Source: Phyllobates terribilis (lineage: Eukaryota). From it: a DNA stretch of 64,000 nt. Under the pieces are notes generated by a model. It ran no database searches and was not told the DNA's origin. It saw only the letters and a list, made by a program, of their open reading frames with translations. Shown in pieces: positions 12,643-25,858 of the stretch. Position 1 is the first letter of the stretch. Each line of letters begins with the position of its first letter. The position numbers were made by a program, and so were the translations under genes. The stretch covers positions 223,510,001 through 223,574,000 of the forward strand of contig NW_027362765.1 of assembly GCF_046119375.1 (NCBI RefSeq). Reading direction: 5' to 3'.

Positions 12643-15600
12643 CTATACACAGCAGGAGGCCGCACGGTGCCATCTATACACAGCAGGAGGCCGCACGGTG
12701 CCATCTATACACAGCAGGAGGCCGCACGTAGCCATCTATACACAACAGGAGGCCGCACGCAGCCATCTATACACAGCAGGAGGCCGCACATAGCCATCTA
12801 TGCACAGCAGGAGGCCGCACGTAGCCATCTATACACAGCGGGAGGCCGCAAGTAGCCATCTATACACAGCAGGAGGCCGCACGTAGCCATCTATATACAG
12901 CGGGAGGCCGCACGTGGCCATCTATACACAGCGGAAGGCCGCACATAGCCATCAATACACAGCAGGAGGCCGCACGTAGCCATCTATACACAGCGGGAGG
13001 CCGCACGTAGCCATCTATACACAGCGGGAGGCCGCACGTAGCCATCTATACACAGCGGGAGGCCGCACGTAGCCATCTATACACAGCGGGAGGCCGCACG
13101 TAGCCATCTATACACAGCGGGAGGCCGCACGTAGCCATCTATACACAGCGGGAGGCCGCACGTAGCCATCTATACACAGCGGGAGGCCTCACGTAGCCAT
13201 CTATACACAGCGGGAGGCCGCACGTAGCCATCTATACACAGCGGGAGGCCGCACGTAGCCATCTATACACGGCGGGAGGCCGCACGGTGCCATCTATACA
13301 CGGCGGTAGACCGCATGTAGCCATCTATACATGGTGGTAGACCGCATGTAGCCATCTATAAACAGCAGGAGGCAGCAAAGCGCCATTTATGCACAGCAGG
13401 AGGCCGCACATAGCCATCAATACACAGTAGGAGGCCGCACGCAGCCATCTATACACAGCAGGAGGCCGCACGCAGCCATCTGTACACAGCAGGAGGCCGC
13501 AGGTAGCCATCTGTACACAGCAGGAGGCTGCACGTAGCCATCTATACACAGCAGGAGGCCGCACGGCGCCTTCTATACACAGCAGGAGGCCGCACGTAGC
13601 CATCTATACACAGCAGGAGGCCGCACGTTGCCATCTATACACAGCAGGATGCCGCACGTAGCCATCTATACACAGCGGGAGGCCGCACGGCGCCATCTAT
13701 ACACAGCGGGAGGCCGCACGGCGCCATCTATACACAGCGGGAGGCCGCACGGTGCCATCTATACAAAGCGTAAGGCCGCACCTAGCCATCTATACACAGC
13801 AGTAGTCCTCACGTATCCATCTATACACAGCAGGAGGCAGCACGGCGCCATTTATACACAGCGGGAGGCCGCACGGTGCCATCAATACACAGCGGGAGGC
13901 CGCACGTAGCCATCTATACACAGTGGGAGGCCACACGCAGCTAGCTATACACAGCGGGAGGCCGCACGTAGCCATCTATACACAGCGGGAGGCCGCACGT
14001 AGCCATCTATACACAGCGGGAGACGGGAACGTAGCCATCTATACACAGCGGGAGGCCGCACGTAGCCATCTACTGTATACACAGCGGAAGGCTGCACTGC
14101 ACCATCTATACACGGCGGGGGGGCGCACGTAGCCATCTATACACAGCAGGAGCCCGCAAGTAGTCATCTATACACAGCGGGAGGCCGCACGTAGCCATCT
14201 ATACACAGCGGGAGGCCGCACGTAACCATCTATACACAGCGGGAGGCCGCACGTAGCCATCTATACACAGCGGGAGGCCGCACGTAGCCATCTATACACA
14301 GCGGGAGGCCGCACGTAGCCATCTATACACAGCGGGAGGCTGCACGTAGCCATCTATACACAGCGGGAGGCCGCACGTAGCCATCTATACACAGCGGAAG
14401 GCCGCACGTAGCCATCTATACACAGCGGAAGGCCGCACGTAGCCATCTATACACAGCGGGAGGCCGCACGTAGCCATCTATACACAGCGGGAGGCCGCAC
14501 GTAGCCATCTATACACAGCGGGAGGCCGCACGTAGCCATCTATACACAGCGGGAGGCCGCACGTAGCCATCTATACACGGCGGGAGGCCGCACGTAGCCA
14601 TCTATACACAGCGGGAGGCCGCACGGTGCCATCTATACACGGCGGTAGACCGCATGTAGCCATCTATACATGGTGGTAGACCGCATGTAGCCATCTATAA
14701 ACAGCAGGAGGCATCACAGCGCCATTTATGCACAGCAGGAGGCCGCACATAGCCATCAATACACAGCAGGAGGCCGCACGCAGCCATCTATACACAGCAG
14801 GAGGCCGCACGCAGCCATCTGTACACAGCAGGAGGCCGCAGGTAGCCATCTGTACACAGCAGGAGGCCGCACGTAGCCATCTATACACAGCAGGAGGCCG
14901 CACGGCGCCTTCTATACACAGCAGGAGGCCGCACGTAGCCATCTATACACAGCAGGAGGCCGCACGTTGCCATCTATACACAGCAGGATGCCGCACGTAG
15001 CCATCTATACACAGCGGGAGGCCGCACGGCGCCATCTATACACAGCGGGAGGCCGCACGGCGCCATCTATACACAGCGGGAGGCCGCACGGTGCCATCTA
15101 TACAAAGCGTAAGGCCGCACCTAGCCATCTATACACAGCAGTAGTCCTCACGTATCCATCTATACACAGCAGGAGGCAGCACGGCGCCATTTATACACAG
15201 CGGGAGGCCGCACGGTGCCATCAATACACAGCGGGAGGCCGCACGTAGCCATCTATACACAGTGGGAGGCCACACGCAGCTAGCTATACACAGTGGGAGG
15301 CCGCATGTAGCCATCTATACATAGCGGGAGGCCACACGACGCCCCCAGATACAGCGGGAGACCGCACGTAGACATCTATACACAGCAGGAGGCCACATGT
15401 AGCCATCTATACACAGCAGGAGGCCGCATGTAGCCATCTATAAACAGCAGGAGGCAGCATGGCGCCATCTATACACAGCGGGAGGCCACATGTAGCCTTC
15501 TATAAACAGCGGGAGGCAGCACGGTGCCTTCTATACACAGCAGGGGGCCGTACGTAGCCATCTATACACAGCGGGAGGCCGCACAAAATCATCCATACAC

Positions 15601-15712
15601 AACAGGAGGCCACACGTAGCCATCTATTCACAGCAGGAGGCCGCACGGCGCCCCCCAGGTACAGCAGGAGGCCGCACGGTGCCCCCCCTTAGACAGCGGG
15701 AGGCCGCACGCA
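12643..15712. repeat. 31-bp minisatellite, ~99 units (gccatctatacacagcgggaggccgcacgta)
   Basis: Period 31 read directly (13021/13052); variant blocks recur 1339 bp apart (ORFs 13325/14664, 13628/14967, 13790/15129). Confidence 0.95.
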
Positions 15713-15773
15713 GTCACGCACATACAAACATACAGACATACGCATAAACACATTTGAAACACAAAAATACATA

Positions 15774-17133
15774 TACTCTGTTCCAAATTGTTATGCAAAT
15801 AATATTTTCTCAGATTTTCCCAAATTACCTATATGAATTGCAGTCATTGTAATTTTCCAGTCAAATAACTATTAGAGTACAATTGAAAGGTTTTTGTACA
15901 AACTGCCTATGATAACAGTATATTTTTTAAAAAATTAAAAACTCAAACTGCACTCAAAATGCATGTTCCAAATTATTATGCACATCAGAGTTTTCAACCT
16001 TTTCATTTTAATAAAGAACAAAAAAATGGTCATTTTTGAAATTATAAGCATTAGCAGGTTATTACAAACTGAAATCAAACAGTTTTCAACTCAAAACTTT
16101 ATTCTAGGTGATGTTACATTTGCACATAGGACCCCTTGTTCGAAAGGAGCTTCTGAACTCTCTCGTCCATTGAATTTGTCAGGTTTTGGATGATTTCTGC
16201 TTCAATTGTTTTGCATAAGGACAGAGTACCCTCCCAGAGCTGTTGCTTAGATGTGAACTGCCTCCCGCCATCATAGACACTACTTTTGATGATGCTCCAG
16301 AGGTTCTCAATGGGGTTGAGGTCAGGGGAGCATGGGTGCCACACCATAAGTTTGTCCCCTTTTATGCCCATACAGCGAGAGATGCAGATGTGTTATGTGC
16401 AGCATGAGACGGGGCATTATCATGCATGAAATGATCTCGATGGTTCAGATGGATGGAGTGGAGGATGGCTGGTTGATGGACACCCCATGCAAACACGGCT
16501 ACGCGCTAACGAGGAGGTGGAGTAATGTTTTGGGCTGGAATCATTTTGGAGAGATTGTCGGCCCATTTAGGATCCCTGAAGGGGTAAAGATGAACTCCAT
16601 AATGTATGTTGAGTTTCTCAAACAGCACTTCCTTCCATGGTTCAAGAAGAAGAACCGTGCATTCCGCAGCAAGATCATTTTCGTGCATGATAATGCCCCG
16701 TCTCATGCTGCACATAACACATCTGCATCTCTGGCTGCTATGGGCATAAAAGGGGACAAACTTATGGTGTGGAACCCATGCTCCCCTGACCTCAACCCCA
16801 TTGAGAACCTCTGGAGCATCATCAAAAGGAGTGTCTATGATGGCGGGAGGCAGTTCACATCTAAGCAACAGCTTAGACCATTTTTTTGTTCTTTATTAAA
16901 ATGAAAAGGTTGAAAACTCTGCTGTGCATAATAATTTGGAACATGCATTTTGAGTGCAGTTTGAGTTTTTTATTTTTTTAAAAATATACTGTTATCATAG
17001 GCAGTTTGTACAAAAACCTTTCAATTGTACTCTAATAGTTATTTGACTGGAAAATTACAATGACTGCAATTCATATAGGTAATTTGGGAAAATCTGAGAA
17101 AATATTATTTGCATAATAATTTGGAACACAGTG
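15774..17133. mobile_element. Rearranged Tc1-like DD37E (TRT-type) element made of two inverted 3' halves
   Basis: TA flanks; ends (c)actgtgttccaaatt; C-terminal [24 protein letters not shown] is present on - (16114-16371) and + (16740-16870); 37 residues between HD and PIE. Confidence 0.88.
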
Positions 17134-17164
17134 TATAAACAGACATTACACAATGATTTCTGCC

Positions 17165-17243
17165 TGCACACACAGACACACTCACTCACACACTCACACA
17201 CTCACTCACTCATATACACACACACCCTCACACACACACTCAC
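17165..17243. repeat. Imperfect (CA)n/(CT) microsatellite
   Basis: cacacacagacacactcactcacacac... tract. Confidence 0.85.
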
Positions 17244-17756
17244 CATCCCCCAGCTCGGCTCCAGTCATCCAGCTCCTCTCCGATGCAGCAGTACAGGGCC
17301 CACACTGCGTGACGTCATGCTAGCAGACAGGGCCGTGTCTGCTAGATGTGACGCGGCCGCGCCAGCACAAGCACACAGGGAAGTTAACAGGTGCAGTGCT
17401 GGCCCGGCCAAAGAAGCAGCGGCCGTGCGCAGCTGCTGTGGGAGCGGTCCGGGCCCCCCCGCCTCTGCCTGCCGCCAGTATGTGCCGCATTGGCTTCCAC
17501 ATATTATAATGAGAGCAATCTGGCCATGGGCCCCCCGGAGCCACGGGCATCGGGCGGTAGCCCAGATTGCCCTCATTATAATCCGCCTATGTGTAAACCT
17601 ATAAACAACAACCTATAAACCTGTAACAAGACCAATCTCACCCCATAACAGTAGAGATATGTAATGTCCACAAGAGACCAGTTTGCAGACAGTTTGTAAC
17701 TAATATTAATTTCAGAACAATTAGAAGAGAAATTCTACCCTAAACATGGACATGTT

Positions 17757-17831
17757 TAGGGATGAGCGAACCCAAACTGTAAAGTTCGGGGTTCGTACCG
17801 GACACCTGGTGATTTTTTTCTGGATGTCCGG
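17757..17831 (+). mobile_element. hAT-like left-end fragment (TAGGGATGAGCGAACC) interrupted by a solo LTR
   Basis: Same terminus type as 6179 and 43216, with gttcg motifs; resumes for ~12 bp (tttactgttcg) after the LTR TSD. Confidence 0.6.
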
Positions 17832-20800
17832 TGTAATGCACACGCCCGGACTGACTGGCGTGTGCGTGATTTGTGATTCCACTGTGCTATGAACCGAAGA
17901 GTGCCTGGAGGGGCGTAACTAAGTATCTGCCCGATCCGACCAAGGTCGCACTACTGCATACGACGCCAGTGCACCAGGGAGGAACCGAACAGAGGGACCA
18001 GGTGCCACTCCAGGTCAGACCCCGGACACGGCTGTTGACCCACACTGGGGAATACAGGAACAGGCAGGCTAGAGTGCAGGCTGGGTAGGGTCCAGTACAG
18101 ACTGGGAGACGGGATCAGAGCCGCAGATGCGGTAATCAAGCAGAGCAAAGCGAAATAGCAGGTGCGGTAGACAAGGCCGAGCAGAGCAAAACCGCAGACG
18201 CAGTGGACAAGGCCGAGCAGAGCAAAACCACAGACATGGTGGACAAGGCTGAGCAGAGCAAAATCGCAGACGCGGTGGACAGGGCTGAGTAGAGCAAAAC
18301 TGCAGACGCGGTAGACAAGGCTGAGCAGAGCGAAACCGCAGGCGCGGTAGACAAGGCTGAGCAGAGCGAAACCGCAGGCGCGGTAGACAAGGCTGAGCAG
18401 AGCGAAACCGCAGACGCGGTGGACAGGGCTGAGCAGAGCAAAACCGCAGACGCGGCAGACAAGGCTGAGCAGAGCGAAACCGCAGACGCGGTAGACAAGA
18501 CTGTGCAGAGCGAAACCGCCGACGTGGTAGACAAGGCTGAGCAGAGCGAAACCGCAGACGCGGTGGACAAGGCCGAGCAGAGCAAAACTACAGACGCGGT
18601 GGACAAGGCCGAGCAGAGCAAAACAGCAGACGCAGTAGACAAGGCTGAGCAGAGCAAAACCGCAGACGCGATAGACAAGGCTGAACAGAGCGAAACCGCA
18701 GATGCGGTAGACAAGGCTGAGCAGAGCGTAACCGCAGACGCGGTAGACAAGGCTGAGCAGAGCGAAACCGCAGACGTGGTAGACAAGGCCTGAGCAGAGC
18801 GAAACCGCAGACGCGGTGGACAAGGCTGAGCAGAGCAAAACCGCAGACGCGGCGGACAGGGCTGAGCAGAGCAAAACCGCAGACGCGGTAGACAAGGCTG
18901 AGCAGAGCGAAACCGCAGACGCGGTAGACAAGGCTGAGCAGAGCGAAACCGCAGACGTGGTGGACAAGGCTGAGCAGAGCGAAACCGCAGACGCGGTAGA
19001 CAAGGCTGAGCAGAGCGAAACCGCAGATGCGGTAGACATGGCTGAGCAGAGCGAAACCGCAGACGCGGTGGACAAGGCCGAGCAGAGCAAAACTGCAGAC
19101 GCGGTGGACAAGGCCGAGCAGAGCAAAACCGCAGACGCGGTAGACAAGGCTGAGCAGAGCGAAACCGCAGACGCGGTAGACAAGGCTGAGCAGAGCGAAA
19201 CCGCAGACGCGATAGACAAGGCTGAACAGAGCGAAACCGCAGATGCGGTAGACAAGGCTGAGCAGAGCGAAACCGCAGACGCGGTAGACAAGGCTGAGCA
19301 GAGAGAAACCGCAGACGTGGTAGACAAGGCCTGAGCAGAGCGAAACCGCAGACGCGGTGGACAAAGCTGAGCAGAGCAAAACCGCAGACGCGGTGGACAA
19401 GGCTGAGCAGAGCAAAACCGCAGACGCGGCGGACAGGGCTGAGCAGAACAAAACCGCAGACGCGGTAGACAAGGCTGAGCAGAGCGAAACTGCAGACGCG
19501 GTAGACAAGGCTGAGCAGAGCGAAACCGCAGACGTGGTGGACAAGGCTGAGCAGAGCGAAACCGCAGACGCGGTAGACAAGGCTGAGCAGAGCGAAACCG
19601 CAGATGCGGTAGACAAGGCTGAGCAGAGCGAAACCGCAGACGCGGTAGACAAGGCTGAGCAGAGCGAAACCGCAGACGCGGTAGACAAGGCTGAGCAGAG
19701 CGAAACCGCAGATGCGGTAGACAAGGCTGAGCAGAGCGAAACCGCAGATGCGGTAGACAAGGCTGAGCAGAGCGAAACCGCAGACGCGGTAGACAAAGCT
19801 AAGCAGAGCGAAACCGCAGATGTGGTGGACAAGGCCGAGCAGAGCGAAACCGCAGACGCGGTGAACAAAGCTGAGCAGAGCAAAACCGCAGACGCGGTGG
19901 ACAAGGCTGAGCAGAGCAAAACCGCAGACGCGGTGGACAGGGCTGAGCAGAGCGAAACCGCAGACGCGGTAGACAAGGCTGAGCAGAGCGAAACCGCAGA
20001 CGCGGTAGACAAGGCTGAGCAGAGCGAAACCGCAGACGCAGAAGACAAGGCTGAGCAGAGCGAAACTGCAGACGCGGTAGACAAGGCTGAGCAGAGCGAA
20101 ACCGCAGACGCGGTAGACAAGGCTGAGCAGAGCGAAACCGCAGACGCGGTAGACAAAGCTGAGCAGAGCGAAACCGCAGACGCGGTAGACAAAGCCGAGC
20201 AGAGCGAAACCGCAGACGCGGTGGACAAGGCCGAGCAGAGCGAAACCGCAGACGCGGTGGACAAGGCTGAGAAGAGCGAAACCGCAGACGCGGTAGACAA
20301 GGCTGAGCAGAGCGAAACCGCAGACGCGGTGAACAAAGCTGAGCAGAGCAAAACCGCAGACGCGGTGGACAAGGCTGAGCAGAGCAAAACCGCAGACGCG
20401 GTGGACAGGGCTGAGCAGAGCGAAACCGCAGACTCGGTAGACAAGGCTGAGCAGAGCGAAACCGCAGACGCGGTAGACAAGGCTGAGCAGAGCGAAACCG
20501 CAGACGCGGAAGACAAGGCTGAGCAGAGCGAAACCGCAGACGCGGTAGACAAGGCTGAGCAGAGTGAAACCGCAGACGCTGTAGACAAGGCTGAGCAGAG
20601 CGAAACCGCAGACGCGGTAGACAAGGCTGAGCAGAGCGAAACCGCAGACGCGGTGGACAAAGCTGAGCAGAGCAAAACCGCAGACGCGGTGGACAAGGCC
20701 AAGCAGAGCAAAACCACAGACGCGGTGGACAGGGCTGAGCAGAGCAAAACTGCAAGTGCGGTAGACAAGACTGAGCGGACAGGAACTGCCGAAGCGGTAA

Positions 20801-21699
20801 GTAAGACAGGACAGAGATAAATCGCCGAAGCGGTAAACAAAGATAAAGCAAAGGGTACAGGGCTCTGTTCACACTGAACAGACTGGAAAAGAAAGGCAGA
20901 ACCAGAAACACACAAGGTACTTGCAAAGAAGTAGCGAAAGGACTCCAACTCACAAACAGAAGTACAATGACAACGAATAGAAGTTAGGTGCAGGTTTAGA
21001 CTCTACAGAAAAAGGGAGCAAACGGACATAAAGACAAAACAGGTAAGAAGCTAGGAGACAGTTCAAACAAGAACAGAAACTGCAACAAAATGCAGGAGCG
21101 AGCCTAGGTAAAGCCAAGTGCTGGTTCAGACACTGCAGAAAAAGGGAACAAATGGACATAAAGACAAAACAGGTAGGAAGCTAGGAGACAGTTCAGACAG
21201 GAACTGTACTGCAACAAATACAGGAGCGAGTCTGAGTGTGCGGCCCCCAGAGGGCGAGACGAACAGGCTAGGAGCGTGTTCAGACAGGCCTGGAAATACG
21301 GCCTCCAGGAAGGCAGACAGATAGCTGGCTAGAGCACACAGACAGGACACAGTTCAGACACGGGAACTTATACCGCAAGGCAGAAAACATAGACAGGACC
21401 TGGCACATCAGTGACAAGAAGCCAACTGACAGAACAAGATGCTCAGGCATGGATTCCAAGGAGGAGCTGGTTTAAATATCAGGTGACAGACAGCAATAGG
21501 CTGAGGACGCATTAGGGGTGTGTCTGCAGCAGCTACAAGAAACAGGAAGTTCAGCGGGCGTCGCCCTAAGCAGCCAGAACAGAGCAAAGCAGAGAGTATG
21601 GAAAGAAGCCAAAGTGGCAGTCTGGACTGGAAATCAAGTGCGCGCTCTTGCACAGTGGGAGATGGACCACTATGCAAGGACGCCGCCAGGTATGTTACA
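17832..21699 (-). mobile_element. Solo LTR (3868 bp) inflated by an internal minisatellite
   Basis: TG...CA termini, 5-bp TSD TCCGG at 17827-31 and 21700-04; TATTTAAA on - at 21471-78; its 3' end resembles the LTR end at 42680-42759. Confidence 0.9.
18140..20780. repeat. 36-bp minisatellite, ~73 units (gcagagcgaaaccgcagacgcggtagacaaggctga)
   Basis: 12-aa periodicity AEQSETADAVDK in the ORF track; the same 1-bp insertion (aaggcctgag) occurs at ~18790 and ~19331, 541 bp apart. Confidence 0.97.
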
Positions 21700-21715
21700 T
21701 CCGGTTTACTGTTCG

Positions 21716-22070
21716 AAAGTTCAATGGCTGTGCGAAGTTCTTGTATGGCCAGCATACTCACCGGACATGTCACCCATTGAGCATGTTTGGGATGCTCTTG
21801 ATCGACGTATATGACAGCTTGTTCAAGTTCCCCCAATATCCAGCAACTTTGCACAGCCATTGAAGAGGAGTGGACCAACATTCCACAGGCCACAATCAAC
21901 AGCCTTATCAACTCTATGCGAAGGAGATTTGACCACCATTTGCATCACGCAGTTCAGCACACCAGATACTGATTGGTTTTCTGACCCCTGCAATACAGTA
22001 AAACTGCACATTTTAGAGTGGCCTTTTATTGTGGGCAACACAAGGCACACCTGTGCAATAGTCATGTGTC
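21716..22070 (+). mobile_element. Tc1 3' fragment
   Basis: WPAYSPDMSPIEHVWDALDRRI, followed by actgcacattttagagtggccttttattgtgg, typical of Tc1 3' regions. Confidence 0.8.
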
Positions 22071-22649
22071 TTAGATTTTTGGTCACTATAGTGGGTGCAG
22101 CGGTTGCAGTTGCATCTTTTTCCAGGAGCCTAGGGAAGGCGGGGGACCAAATGGTCTGTTTAGCCCATCTGAAAAATCAATTCTAATATAGAGATTCTCT
22201 GAGAATATGATAAAAATGTCCCCCAACACATATTTCAAGCTACAATCTGTTCTAGTCATGTTAGGATGGGCTACATCCTAAACAAACACCATCTGAGACA
22301 TGTCAACTGTCAGAGGAGTAACACTGTAAGCGAACACATCTGATCTTCCCACTCAAATCTGATCTACCCCCTGTCAGTCTGACAGCTTTACAGCAGGGCA
22401 CAGAGACTGACTGAGCACACAGTCAGACTGAAAGTGGACAAAAAAAACAAACATTGTGCTGTTAGCTGAGGGGGAAGTTTTTTTGTTTTTTTTCCATTCG
22501 TGTTACAGCCCTGCTCTGTGGCTTAGTGAGCAGATGAAGTATGTTTGTTCACAATGCTGCATCTCTGACACTTGGGACATGTCTCGAGTGGTATTTATTC
22601 ACCCTGAAAGCCGTCCTGACAAGTAACTAGGAAGGGTTGCAGCTTGATA

Positions 22650-24224
22650 CAGTGAAGGAAATAAGTATTTGATCCCTTGCTGTTTTTGTAAGTTTGCCCC
22701 CTGACAAAGGCATGAACAGTCTATAATTTTAAGGGTAGGTTAATTTTAACATTGAGAGATAGAATATCCCCCAAAAAATTAAGAAAATCACATTGTATAA
22801 ATTAGATAAATTATTTTGCGTTTTGTAGTGAGAAATAAGTATTTGATCCCCTACAAGCCATTATGAGTTCTGGCTCCAACAGACCAGTTAGATGCTCCTA
22901 ATCAACTCATTACCTGCATTAAAGACAGCTATCTTACATAGTCACCTGTATAAAAGACTCCTGTCCACAGACTCAATTAATCAGTCAGACTGTAACCTCT
23001 ACAACATGGGCAAGACCAAAGAGCTTTCTAAGGATGTCACGGACAAGATCATAGGCCTGCACAAAGTTGGAATGGGCTACAAAACCATAAGTAAGACGCT
23101 GGGTGAGAATGAGACAACTGTTGGTGCAATAGTAAGAAATAAAAAATGACTGTCAATCGACATCGATCTGGGGCACCATGCAAAATCTCACCTCCTGGGG
23201 TATCCTTGATCATGAGGAAGGTAAGAGATCAGCCTAAAACTACACGGGGGAACTTGTTAATGATCTCAAGGCATCTGGGACCACAGACACCAAGAAAACC
23301 ATTGGTAACACATTACACCTTAAAGGTTTAAAACCCTGCAGTGCCCGCAAGGTACCCCTGCTCAAAAAGACACATGTGCAGAACCGTCTGAAGTTTGCCA
23401 ATGAACACCTGATGATTCTGTGAGTTACTGTGAGAAGGTGCTGTGGTCAGATGAGACAAAAATTGAGCTCTTTGGCATTAACTCAACTCACCATGTTTGG
23501 AGCAAGAGAAATGCTGCCTATGACCCAAAGAACACCGTTCCCACTGTCAAGCATGGAGGTGGAAACATTATGTTTTGAGGGTGTTTCTCTGCTAAGGGCA
23601 CAGGACTAGTTCACCGCATCAATGGGATAATGGATGAAGCCATGTACAGTAAAATCCTGAGTGACAACCTCCTTCACTCCACCAGGACATTAAAAATGAG
23701 TCGTGGCTGGGTCTTCCAGCAAGACAATGACCCAAAACATACAGCCAAGGCAACAAAGTGGCTCAAAAAGAAGCACATTAAGGTCATAGAGTGGCTTAGC
23801 CAGTCTCCAGACCTTAATCCCATAGAAAGTTTATGGAGGAAGTTGAAGCTCCGAGTTGCCAAGCGACAGCCTCAAAATCTTAATGATTTAGAGATGATCT
23901 GCAAAGAGGAGTGAACCAAAATTCCTCCTGACACATGCGCAAACCTCATCATCAACTACAAAAAACGTCTGACTGCTGTGTTTGCCAACAAGGGTTTTGC
24001 CACCAAGTATTAAGTGTTGTTTGCCAGAGGGATCAAATACTTATTTCTCACTGCAAAATGCAAATAAATTTATCTAATTTATACAATGTGATTTTCTTGA
24101 TTTTTTTGGGATATTCTCTCAATGTTAAAATTAACCTACCCTTAAAATTATAGACTGTTCATGTCTTTGTCAGTGGGCAAACTTACAAAAACAGCTAGGG
24201 ATCAAATAATTATTTCCTTCACTG
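22650..24224 (+). mobile_element. Full-length (1575 bp) decayed Tc1 (DD34E-type), related to 9890-11489
   Basis: TA TSD; IR/DR TIRs cagtgaaggaaataagtatttgatccc; transposase 23006-24013 ([10 protein letters not shown]...QQDNDPKH...NPIE) with frameshifts and stops; one codon is missing in the D-E spacer. Confidence 0.92.
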
Positions 24225-25333
24225 TACATTGCAAACTTTTTAATTTCGCATTTCTACACTTGGGGTTTCCAAATCCAGAATTCATGTTTTGAATAATAAT
24301 CTTTTTATTTGGGGATTTTTACAATTAGGGGAAAGGGAAAATAAAATGTAATATATTGTTACATCAACCTCAAGAAAACAAACTTGTAACATAGAAGAAA
24401 CAAAGAAGAAAACAGGGAAAGAGATTCGGAGGGTAAGGAAAAGGGGAAAGGAAAAGGGGAAAGGAAAAGGTGGACAAAAAAGGGGGGGGAGGTAAATTTA
24501 AATATGGAAAGAGGGATAAAGGGAAATAAAAGAGAGATCATACATATTATAATCATAGTTATAATTTCACAGGTTTTCAATTTATATGTATTGAAATAAA
24601 GAAATCTATATACTTTCTGGCTAAAAATAATAACACATTTATGTAGAGAGGTTATTCCTGCTTGGGGAGAAGTACTTATTCCAGGAAGATCATCTAGAAT
24701 AATATTTTTTAGGAGAGTTGTTTCTTAAAGCAAAAGAGTATTCAAAAGAATTATGAGTGGACATTTTTTTTATAATATCTTAAATAGTAGGAACATCAGT
24801 AGACTTCCATTTAGATGCAATAAGTAGTTTCGTTATAGCAAATATGTGAATTGAAATATATTTTATCTTCTGGGGGAGCAAGTTTGAATTGAGAGAAAGA
24901 AGAAATAGTTGAGGAGGGATTTTAACTGTAGTTATTGATTTTATTTAGTAATTTAGAGATTTCTTTCCATATTGTTATAATTTTAGGACATATTCAGAAG
25001 ATATGTAGAAGATTTGCTTTATGTTCCATGAAAGCTTTAAGTGTTACTGGTGTGAAAAACCAGCTCGATAGTATTTTAAAGTAATTTTCATGGAGATTAG
25101 CATTGACATTGAATTTGTATATTACGTCAATCGCTTCCCTCCATATTTCAGGAGAGAAATTAAGGTTTAAGTCGTTTTCCCATTTTAACATGGGTTTTGA
25201 TTTTTCAAAAACTATGAGAATTGAAAAAAGCATATATATACAGTACAGACCAAAAGTTTGGACACACCTTCTCATTTAAAGATTTTTCTGTATTTTCATG
25301 ACTATGAAAATTGCACATTCACACTGAAGGCAT

Positions 25334-25858
25334 TGTGACAGTGTCACTGGTTTTATATGTGAGGGGAGGTATGTGTCACTCAGGATGCTCTCCTGTGTGA
25401 ACTAAGACCTACTTTATTTTTCTGCCAGCATGTTATATGCTGGTAGGCTTACTCTGTTAAAGGGTGTGCGGTTTTATGGGAATGGCAAAGAGGGCGGGAC
25501 GCCATTCCCCCTACCTCCCCTCAGGGTGTGGCTGAGCAATGTGTTAAAGCTCAGGCCTGTTTTTTTTTCTCTGGAGTGTGTTCTGGAGCGGGAAGTCTGC
25601 AGACAGTATTGTGGAAGCTGCAGAGCTTTTCACATGGACTTTAGCAGTGCAGTTTATGCTACCGAGAGCGGGCGGAACCCGCTCATCTATGGACTGAGTT
25701 ATACTTTGTTTTTTTCCGTTTAACCCAGAGGGGTCATGTTTGTTTTTCCTGTGAAACCTGCATGAGTTTATGGCTGATAATAAACCAGCAGAAAGGAAAC
25801 CTGAGAACGTGTGTCCTGAGTCTGCCTCCAGGAGAGCCGAGCGAGTCGTCTTGCCACA
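25334..25858 (+). mobile_element. Solo LTR (525 bp) nested in the DD38E element
   Basis: TGTGACA...GCCACA termini, 4-bp TSD GCAT on both sides, AATAAA at 25779-84. Confidence 0.88.

Noticed and set aside
12667-15314. ORFs within the 31-bp minisatellite
   Set aside because: The unit is not a multiple of 3; the ORFs are short frame-cycling artefacts
17500-17591. Terminal inverted repeat of an element spanning the 31-bp minisatellite
   Set aside because: A local hairpin (attataatgagagcaatctgg / ccagattgccctcattataat) is real, but I found no matching left end near 12500-12640, so the boundaries cannot be supported
17951-20953. Host protein-coding gene (ORFs of 384-786 aa, antifreeze- or mucin-like)
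   Set aside because: The ORFs overlap on both strands, sit wholly inside a TSD-bounded LTR and have no unique domain or splice context; openness follows from the 36-bp unit
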